Translations under genes and position numbers: made by a program
Shown: positions 12,281 through 22,212 of the stretch, in pieces
Numbering within the stretch: position 1 is the first letter of the stretch
How the letters are laid out: each line of letters opens with the position of its first letter
Notes under the pieces: model-generated
Databases searched by the model: none
What the model saw: the letters and a program-made list of their open reading frames with translations, nothing else
Told to the model about the DNA's origin: nothing
Assembly: GCA_048013815.1 (NCBI GenBank)
Contig: CM106585.1
Coordinates: 7,936,001-8,000,000, forward strand
Length of the DNA: 64,000 nt
Direction of reading: 5' to 3'
DNA from: Setoptus koraiensis
Lineage: Eukaryota; Animalia; Arthropoda

Positions 12281-14915
12281 CACGTCAGCCTGACGTGAGA
12301 CGCTAACTGACGCAACAGTTAGCCCGCTGCTCAGGTGAGCAGCTCGGCCGAGACGATGATTTGATGATATAATCATCGTGTAATGTTAACGTAATGCATC
12401 ATGATTGCCAGATAACTCAGATTAACAGGTGTGTAATAGACAGAGAGACAAGTCATTTGAATACTCGACTGCCACTGTTTCAATTTCGTCTCTATCTCAT
12501 GTTGAGTCTCACGTAAGCGGCCGCCGCTGCCTAACCGATAACCCAAGCGAAATGTAAATCTCTAATTGCATCGTCTGCCTAATCACATTCGTGATGAACC
12601 GCTTACGTAACAGCAACATGCTGCTACACATAGTTGTACACATAGTTGCATAACATTGTGCCATTATAACATAACGGCCAGCCAAAACAACCAAAACTAA
12701 CGTTAATAATAATAATAATGCAGAGATTATAATGATTATCATCATTATTGCACGGCCTGTGGATTTGTGTTTGTCTAGAGGCAGCAAACTATCTCTGCTC
12801 GGCGTGTCAGCGAAAACATTGTGTGATGGCTCGCCCGTTGCTGCCAACCGCATTACCTGTCAGCGTCAAATGGTCGGCCGTGAGTGAGAGGCACACAGAT
12901 AAAATACAAAGTTTGCGGCTTCTTGCCCGGTCACTCCAGTGGCAACCATTGGTCGGCAGTGGGCAAGCAAATGAAGCAAACGAACCAAATGAGCCAACCA
13001 AATGAGCTGTCGGAACTGGTCTCGTTGGCGCACTCGGCACAACGCCGGCGCACAGTTGCAATTGAAACAAGACAAACAAACAAAACAAATAGACAGTTAC
13101 ATAATAATGTAGGTGATATAGTTTAAAATGATGATGACCTCAAATGGGCGAATAAAGAGAATCAATTGCAATAATGGCAACGGGCGCAACGAGATACCCG
13201 TTACTTGTTTATTTGTTGGCACTTGTTGTGTAGTTGGCGTTTTTTATAATTGTGCAACTCTTTTTGCAGTGATTATTTGAAAAAACTTGCACCAGACACA
13301 CAAACAATGAGACACACAACATAACATACGAGAGAGCTGCATCTTCAACAAGATAACGATGATGAATCGATTGATTACCGACACACAACAACCTGTTGCA
13401 CTTGCCGCCAATTTATCCGCCAACTAACAAACATTGTGCCACTATGTCTATTCATTGATGTAGCCGCAATGCAGCAATCATGCAATAATGGCGCTCGCAA
13501 TCAAGCTTGCCAAGTTGAATGATTGTGGTTAGCTTGTGGTTATAACTGTTCTCGTCTTGACTGCGTTTTTATTATTTTCTGCAAATAAAGCGAGGCCTCC
13601 ATTGTTGCTGTTGAACGCTTCGCAAGTGGATAAAATATAAACATAATGAGTGCCTGTGACAATCGGCCCTCAGTTTTTGCAGTCTGGCACTTTTGCAGGG
13701 CCAAACGGTAATCGCAGTGGCGATTAGTTGGGCATCATTCATTTACATCATGATCAATAAATGGCGCTCAACACAACCCACTAACCAACTGCAATCTGCG
13801 AAACTACTACTGTGTGTCCAATCAACGTCCAATCAACTGACCGCGCCACGAAACACAATGGTCAGTTGGGCCAATCATTGTTGCTGTCCGCATCCGGGGG
13901 CGCTCTATCGATCTATATAACCTTATTAAATTGATATGAGAAAATACGCTAAAAAGCGGCTACCGATAACTTATTGTTGGTCAACTCCGACTCAAATAAA
14001 CTCAATTGGAACAATCTGTTGTTGATTGCTGAAGCTGCAAGGCCAATGGATAATTCTCTTGTTGTTGCAAACAAAGACACAGACACTTCATGAATTAGCC
14101 ATGCTTTATCCCTTTGTTGTTGTCTGCACAACCAAAATCATATACCTGAGCGGTCTGGAGACAATTTGCAATAAATTGAAGCTTTTTCATCGCTGTCACA
14201 CGACTGTTAATAGCTGCTGAACACTCGATCCCTCAAACGCACTACCAGATAATAGCCGGAAAACTGTAAAATTGTAACAAGTTGTCACAATGGCCCAACT
14301 ATAATCCGGTAATAGATGATCCCTGATTGCAAGAGCGCTTATTTGTGACATGTGTATAACTTGAGGCCAGATTTACTTGAAATAATTATCATTATCATCA
14401 TCTTGCTGATAGACGGGCTCTGTGAGCTGGCCAGGCTAGGAATGTTAATTCACTGCGATGGATATCATTTTTATCACTCGATTGAGGTACAAACGATATG
14501 TTGGCTCAATATTGAATCAATACCTGTTTGCAGCAATTGTATAAATTGCAGCTTATGTAAATAAATTTTGACCTCTCGGCTGGAACAACGACATTCTTTC
14601 AATAGCATCTGCAATCCTTGACAGAGAGCACGTTTCAAGTGAAAAAGTGCTCAATCATCAAGTGACATGTGACATAGGCAACCAGAAAGTTACGAGAATT
14701 CAAAATGGCCACTGCCAACACAAATCGCGCTGTATAATTGATTTCTAAACACTAGCAGCAGATGAGATGAATTATACATGTAAAGTCCTTGTTCAATCAC
14801 CATTCATCGTTCCAGTGAAAGTCTCAATCAAATCGACGTTGCAAGACGTAATCTAATTTTATATTGATTGTTCATCGTAGACAATCTTCAGCGACGACGC
14901 AACAAACACAACACA

Positions 14916-15194
14916 ATGAACACATATCAGTCTTTTTATCTACTCGTTGGCATCATTTTCATGCTTGCCTACTTATACTATTCAAGACAACATTTTAAAA
15001 TTAACCAATTTGCGACAAACTTGGGACTCGCTCTCAAGGCAACCAATAGATTCGAATGCAGTGAGGCTGATGCATTGTGCAGCGGAACTAATTCTATTTA
15101 TCAGATCTCGAAATGGTCGACTTCTGCCTCGATGATAATATCTTCTTTGCTTATGCTTCTTATGAGTTATTGGATAAAGGATTCGCTTCAATAA
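14916..15194 (+). CDS. Candidate chimeric 92-aa ORF: new hydrophobic N-terminus (MNTYQSFYLLVGIIFMLAYLYYS) fused to a copy of the PEBP C-terminus; could be a pseudogene fragment or a last exon (acceptor at 14880)
   Basis: ORF track 14868..15194. Sequence from 14992 onward matches the reverse complement of 21205-21413. No expression evidence. Confidence 0.4.
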   Translation: MNTYQSFYLLVGIIFMLAYLYYSRQHFKINQFATNLGLALKATNRFECSEADALCSGTNSIYQISKWSTSASMIISSLLMLLMSYWIKDSLQ

Positions 15195-15531
15195 AATCCA
15201 TTGAAGAATAGTTGCCTATGACACAGACCTCCTACAAAAAATCGACATCAACCATTGGGAACCCCTAAAGCATGCATCACCATCGTCAACACCAACACAA
15301 CTGAATTCTAATCTAGGAGATCACTCAAATGAGATTAACGTCGATAAACTTACTATTCATCTTAACAATTAGACAACTCCAAATTCGACCAACACACACA
15401 CACATAAAGTTTGTCCATAATGTTCAATATTTTCTGACGAACGAACAGAGCAAAGAAACAATAAACTAAGAGTAAATCGATGCAAAGTCAAATTCACTGC
15501 CATTTGAATATGTGACTAACCATTGGATATA
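14992..15531 (+). repeat. Inverted duplication, copy A (partner 20861-21413)
   Basis: By-eye alignment to the reverse complement of 20861-21413: 15139-15517 identical except for (AC)n length (6 vs 8 units); 9 substitutions and 2 indels in the first 150 bp. Confidence 0.97.
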
Positions 15532-17279
15532 TGCTAGCTTGCATACAACAACCTCCGGCCAATCGCTAGTTTGGGCATAAAAATGTCACTGTTGATATCT
15601 GGATCGCCATACAATCGATTAACATGTAAGCCACTCAGCCATCGTCCCCTTTCATCGCATACAATCCCGTTAAAATGGACATCACTTGTGTGCTGCCTAG
15701 ATGGCTATTAAAACGAGATGCTGCAATGAGACGACGCTACAATAGCTTGAGCTTTCATATGATGAGCTTGGGGCGCTCGGCGAGGAGTATCTCGAGTTGT
15801 TTATCAACGACGGTCTATGCCTCATCAAGCCATTCGAATGATAGTTGCTCCACACAGTCGAAACAGACTGTATATCTTGACTGTTCATTCTAGCATTTAG
15901 TTACCGGTATCTCCGGTAATTGGCTAAATCTGTCTCGCATCTGGTGCTGCTAGCGGATGCGAGTCGCTTCAGACCTTCTCCAATGTGGCAACGAAGCTAA
16001 CTTGGTCATTGATGTTGTGGTCTTAGTTTGCGCGATTTCAACAATATTCTTTCCAAAGTTAGCTCCGAATCCCTCAAAAATTGGGAATTGCGATGCCTTA
16101 TGTGGCCGTTGTTTCGAAACATCCCTCATGAATCATGATTGGTTTGGTTGGCGATACCAAAGATGAGACCTGAAAATGAACGTGCTCTCTCGTAGTGATG
16201 AACAAAAGTTATATCTAACATGAGATTATACATTCATTACACATTACACATTATTATACATTCGCTCTAGGAAATGTCCGTTCTTTGAACTGTGCCTAGA
16301 GGACGAAGTGCATCGAAATGCCATGCTTACGCTAATGAAACGATCGTGCCCCATGATATGGTATGATCAATGAATCTCTCATCAAGTTACGCGCTATTTA
16401 TCTTGTGAGGTGCCGATCGTCAGCCAGCAAATACATGCGCATTGGGCACGAGTGTGTGCCGTAACAGAATACAGTTGTAAGGCTCTATTTAGTTATATCC
16501 CTCTGCTCGTGCCCCAAATTACGTAATGGTGTGTTATAAATAAAATGACAAAGCATCATCAGTTATAAAGTCATATAAAGGGTGGCATAGACCGCTCGTG
16601 TTTCTTTTTTTGTGTGTGTCTGTCCTGCCAACAGACAACAATCGGCATTCCTAGAATTGACATGATTATATCATTGTGTGTTATTATAACCTAATATGTA
16701 GACACAGTTTTTGTTATCGTTGGTTGTGGATATCAACTGGATGTCAGCCAAATATCAATAAGAGAAAGTCGACACACTAAGACGGGATCATCTGTCATAT
16801 ATTCACTCATTTACATTATTATATTACGCTTATCCACATTAATTGCACACTAAGACACTAACGATTGTAAAACGACCATGTCTACATTCACTATCCACAC
16901 CATTACATTCATCATTATTATTCTAGCATCTGATTATGATAACTACTAATTAGAGCTTTTTTACATTCACTGCACGTCATATTAATCATGCAAACAAGGT
17001 TGTGACCCTACTCAAGGCAATGTCGGACGCCAATTTCACGGAATACTATTTCATCGACACAAAAATTTAAGCGGCACAAGGCCTACATTTGAAGAAAAAT
17101 ACAATATTCATCCACTGATAACCATTGTACCAATCGAATTGATATTATTACTATTATTATTATTATCAAACAAGGCCGTAATCTCAATTAATTATATACC
17201 AATATATATTTGTCGGATCGTCATAATATTTATTCAAGATTATCCAAGAAACAACGTCGACAAATCTCAGCTCTGCATC

Positions 17280-18773
17280 ATGGCCAATCAACCAGATATA
17301 ATCATCACGGCAAACGGAGACAACAATAATGCTGCCACTGTTTCAGCCAGTCAGGCAATGAAAGTTTACAAGAAACGCTTCCTCATACTATTACTATTTT
17401 GTTTATACTCAATGATAAACTCATTCCAATGGATTGAGTACTCGAGCTTGACCAATGTCATATCTCAATTCTACAATGTTGACAATATCGCCGTTAATTG
17501 GACCTCAGTCATTTACATGGTAACCTACATACCATTTATTTTGCCTGCCAGCTGGCTGTTGGAGTCCATCGGATTGAGGTATGCCGTTATAATTGGCTCA
17601 GTTGGAACAACTGTTGGGGCCGCCATCAAATGTTTCAGTGTCTCAGAGACGGCCTTTGCAATAACAATGTTCGGCCAGACTATTGTGGCCCTATCTCAAT
17701 TGTTTATTATAAGCGTTCCGCCTCTGTTAGCGGCCGTTTGGTATCCCGACAATCAAGTGTCCACGGCCACGGCCTTTGGCGTGTTCGGAAATCAATTTGG
17801 TATTGCGCTTGGATTCATTATACCGCCATTAATGTTGCCAGATATCTCAACTAAGACGGCCGTTGCCAGCGGACTTAAGACACTTTTCAATTCGGTATTT
17901 CTCATTTCGCTCATACTCACAATGGCCATCATACTTTTCTTTGACAACGAACCCAAGAAACCGCCAGGATCTGCCCGTCTAAAGGCACAAATGAGCTGCC
18001 GAGCTCCATCGCCCAGCTCCTTTGTAACTTCTGTCTTGGCAGTTTGTAAAGACAAAAACTATGTATTGCTGGTTATTAGTTATGGCATCAATGTGGGAGT
18101 TTTCTATGCTATATCAACGGTCCTCAATCAAATGGTAGCACCAACATGGCCACAATTAACTTATTTGTCTGGCGCCATGGGCCTAATAATAGTCATCAGC
18201 GGAATGTTGGGTTCAGTTGTTTGCGGTCAAGCTTTAGACAGAACGCATGCCTTTAAGGCTGTCACCGTGTTGATCTATTTGTTTTCACTATTGTCTATGG
18301 TTATGTTTGCTTTTGTTGTCCGGCTGCCCCATGTAGTTTGGCCACTTTACGTAGCTTCAGCTATACTTGGTTTCTTCATGACTGGCTATCTACCATTGGG
18401 CTTCGAGTTTGCCGCAGAAATAACCTATCCTCAGCCAGAGAATACAACAGCGGGTCTTCTGAACCTCTCGGCTCAGGTGAGTAGTCCAACTATCGATGCA
18501 CATAGCTCCAAAATAAAAAATCTATCTCATTTGATTGCTGAACAACCAAACTGTTTGCTATGTCCCCAATTATGCCCTTAGGTTTTTGGAATAGCGTTGA
18601 CATTCTTGACATCCGAACTGGTTGATCACTCAGGGGATCTAATAGCTAATGCCTTTCTTACCGGATGCTTGTTAATTGGGCTAATTATCACAATATTAAT
18701 CAAGGCTGATCTAAAGCGACAGAAGGCCGTCGCTAATCAATTAGAAGAAATGCATTGCAATACGACCACTTGA
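17280..18773 (+). CDS. FLVCR: FLVCR-family (SLC49) major facilitator transporter, about 462 aa; exons 17280-18476 and 18582-18773
   Basis: FLVCR-type motifs YKKRFLILLLFCLYSMINSFQWIEY, WTSVIYM, PPLLAAVWYPDNQVSTA, GFFMTGYLPLGFEFAAEITYP. A phase-0 GT-AG intron (cag|gtgagt at 18477 ... ccttag at 18581) joins LNLSAQ to VFGIALTF...ADLKRQ, the expected final helices. Paralogue (FLVCR1 vs 2) not resolvable. Confidence 0.93.
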
Positions 18774-20860
18774 AGTTAATTTGCATAATGACGCACGACC
18801 AAGAATCGACTATAATATCCTTTTTTTTCTCTCTGTTATCTTTATTCTGGTGCATATCTAACATGAGGCACTAGCAGCGGCGTTTGTGCCATCGCAATTA
18901 GTTTAGCCAGCTTGAAAGCTACTATAATCAATATTTATGATAATGACAGGTTGTGATCTAACTGGTTGTGCGAGAAAAAAAAAATTATGTAACTATCATT
19001 GTTCTGCTCTTATTATATGTACTTATTGTTTTGAGTGTAACTTATGCTTATCGAACGCACAATATACTTCACGTACCTAGGCGTTTAGGATAATCGCCAA
19101 TGAATAAATATCGATTCTAAGAGAAGATCGATACCTGGAATAACTGCCACACCTTTACAAAACATTTATTAATGATGATTCGATCCTCTAGGAATCTTAA
19201 GTTTAACAATTTGGCTAGCACCAGAAGCCGGCATCATACTAAACATTCATTAGTTGACTATTCGTTAACAGCGTCAATATCCTCAAGATGGTATGCAATG
19301 ACAAACTCGCTTTATAGTTGGGACTTTATATCTATTAGAACCCAGTGTAGATGTCTATTGTTTGTTTGTTTAATTTGTGCGATGGAGAAAATTGAGCATA
19401 TCAGATGAACTCCGCGTTTTTGTCCATCTTATTCAGTAATTTTTTCGATCAACAGGGGGCTTATCAATATCATTCGAGCAATCATGAGTGAACTAAACAG
19501 AGCATGGAATATGCGTACGAGGTTTTTCCATTTCCATGTCCTACATAGATGGACACAAACCCGGTTTATCCGCTGATTTCAATTCATTATGCGATTCATC
19601 TAGTGTTTGCGACTTCTTATTCGCTTGCTGACTAACAAGTATTATTGTATTGTTATCTTTGAGTGTAACTATCAAATCCATCTTACAACCAAACGGATAT
19701 ATGCAAGTGGATTTCAAACAATTCACAAATGTCACCAATCAAGAAGATATAATACCATTTACACCAAAAGACAACGATACTTTTATATTCGACAACCGAC
19801 TAAGCACTGAAATGTATTACATAATCTGCCATACCTATAAATTTTATTTAAGTATCCGTTACCACTGAAAGTACCAATGCATGTCTTAGACCCCCTTTCA
19901 ATTTCCATGTTCCTCTAGTTACTTCTACAGAGAATAAGTCTCTAGCGATGCTTGTACAATTCAACAACTCTAGTGATTGCATTGTCTTGAAAAATCTGCC
20001 GGCCTACCAATCACAAATGAAAAACAGTTCATACAACAAGTCAACGTATGAGAATCTGGGCTACTTCGTCATGCCAGATATGGAAGAAGCACAATCCGCT
20101 AATGAACCGTCCTTGAACCCCTTCAACATTAGGAACGATGAAGACTGTGGAAATGGTTGTGGATGATGCTATTTTTTGTAACGTTGCGCGGTAAACAGTC
20201 GACTTTTATTAAGATACAATTTCAATTCGGAGCACAAGTATTGTTGTAAAAAAATGGCTACGGGTGCACCCCAAACAAAATAGTTTATATGTACATATAC
20301 CTAAGCGTCTGCCCAGCCAACTTGTTGAATGCCAAAATCAGTTGGAGCAACTCCTCAGAAACTCTCAGAAAAGAGATGATGAGTATCTCAATCTCGGAAA
20401 TTGAGTCCTGATAGCACAATATTTCCAGGCGAGATTGATGTGGAGTGGCATATTCTCAAATAATGAATATCTGTTTATTAGTAACCATATCTTCAATTCT
20501 GTTTTAATACAGAAACTTTGCTGTATATTTATATATATAATCTCGTAATCGGAGATGATGGATTTTCTTTACCATTAATAGTCGAAATTTTGGCCCATAA
20601 CTGTTCAACTGACCGATAGTATAACGATAGTATAGCGCTTTATTTAGATATATACAAGTTATGTCATGATTAAACTGTTTTCGATCTTGCTGGTGTCGAT
20701 GATTCGCGATTGTAAATAATGATCGCCTCGCTAGTTCTGACTATTTTGTCCTGTTATTTGCTTCCTCTATCATGGTTGGATTTGCACGCAATAATAGTGC
20801 AGATAATAAACATGATCTGCATTCGACTTTTAGAGGAAGCTAGTCTAATTGAGATCCAAC

Positions 20861-21413
20861 TATATCCACCAATGGTCAGTCACATATTCAAATGGCAGTG
20901 AATTTGACTTTGCATCGATTTACTCTTAGTTTATTGTTTCTTTGCTCTGTTCGTTCGTCAGAAAATATTGAACATTATGGACAAACTTTATGTGTGTGTG
21001 TGTGTGTTGGTCGAATTTGGAGTTGTCTAATTGTTAAGATGAATAGTAAGTTTATCGACGTTAATCTCATTTGAGTGATCTCCTAGATTAGAATTCAGTT
21101 GTGTTGGTGTTGACGATGGTGATGCATGCTTTAGGGGTTCCCAATGGTTGATGTCGATTTTTTGTAGGAGGTCTGTGTCATAGGCAACTATTCTTCAATG
21201 GATTTTATTGAAGCGAATCCTTTATCCAATAACTCATAAGAAGCATAAGCAAAGAAGATACTATCATCGAGGCAGAAGTCGACCATTTTGAGATCTGATA
21301 AATAGAATTAGTTCCGCTGCACAATCCATCAGCTTCACTGGATTGCATTACGAATACATTGGCTGCCTTCAGAGTGAGTCCCAAGTTTGTCGCAAATTGG
21401 TTAATTTTAAAAT
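20861..21413 (-). repeat. Inverted duplication, copy B = PEBP last-exon 3' part plus 3' UTR
   Basis: Reverse complement of 14992-15531, as described for copy A. Confidence 0.97.
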
Positions 21414-22212
21414 CTTCTCGTTTTGCATTGTATCCAGATGGGCTGTGGTATTCAATGACTTTCGCTAGATCAACGACTTCGTTTTGATGGTATACCAGAA
21501 CCAAATACCTGTGCTTGGTGCCACTATGACAAGATGGGGCTGTACGTATAATTGTATAATAGGTTTACGGGTAGATTGCGATGTTGAAATAAAGTAGGCA
21601 TATGGTTAGTACTTTTATTGATAGATGGAAATGGATGGGATATGCTGATGAAAATAAGTTAAAAAAAAAACAAAAAAGAGCTAACTAACCTGGCATTTTA
21701 CCCGGAGGATCATAAGCGATAATCGCCGTACCACTTTGAACCATATCACCTGGTATGTTTATGATAGTCAAATGATTGTAAGAATTGAGGGAGTTATTCG
21801 AGCTGGTCTTATGGCGATCGACATCCAATAGAACAATTGTGCTTCTTGCATCTCCGTTCGATTCTGACCAGCTAACGGTTGGTATATTCTTAAGATCTTT
21901 AACGTTTAGCACATCCCCTGGTCTGATTGGTTTGTTATTGATATTCAGAGTTACTAGAGTTTGCGGTGGGTTTGGCAATAGATCAGGTACAATTTTCAAT
22001 TTTTTGAATACTTGTGTAAAATCTGTATTTTGCGCTTGTGTTAGATTAATGATTGTAGATAAAATTATCAACGTTGAGCTGTACATGGTTGCCTGACTAC
22101 GGATAAATTTATAGATAGAATTGTTCGTTCTGTTGTTGTCCATATTTGATTTAATAGTTTTGCTATGATGCTGTTGCGATAACCTGTCGTCGTTGATTGA
22201 TTGTTCAGTCAT
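21205..22212 (-). CDS. Phosphatidylethanolamine-binding protein (PEBP) family, atypical; exons 22212-21702 and 21539-21205 (281 aa from ATG 22212, 239 aa from ATG 22086)
   Basis: PEBP fold pattern: KIVPDLL..P, PTVSW, TIVLLD, NIPG, YDPPAPSCHSGTKHRYLVLVYHQ, R.DF...F..NLGL...AANVF. The phase-1 intron (ccgg|gtaaaa at 21701 ... tacag at 21540) restores the Y-x-x-P-x-P...HRY segment. Acceptor cctag precedes GCACCATG at 22217. Confidence 0.85.

Larger units (their letters stand above)
30..14560. promoter_or_regulatory. Cluster of PAR-bZIP/NFIL3-type (TTAYGTAA) sites
   Basis: Exact TTACGTAA/TTATGTAA/TTACATAA at 30, 1699, 1747, 3278, 3289, 3310, 3419, 3855, 4624, 4662, 5631, 6813, 11375, 11389, 11813, 12603, 13097, 14553. 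The matches are seen directly; function is inferred. Confidence 0.5.

Noticed and set aside
835-13400. Dozens of overlapping 60-200 aa ORFs (poly-C/L/V/T/Q) here and in 33-41.3 kb
   Set aside because: They are translations of CAA/CAG/GTT and other short repeats on both strands; no domain motifs.
15690-16130. Minus-strand frame with mostly TAG stops, suggesting stop-codon reassignment
   Set aside because: Five stops in about 150 codons is near random, one is TGA, and the real genes in the window read with the standard code.
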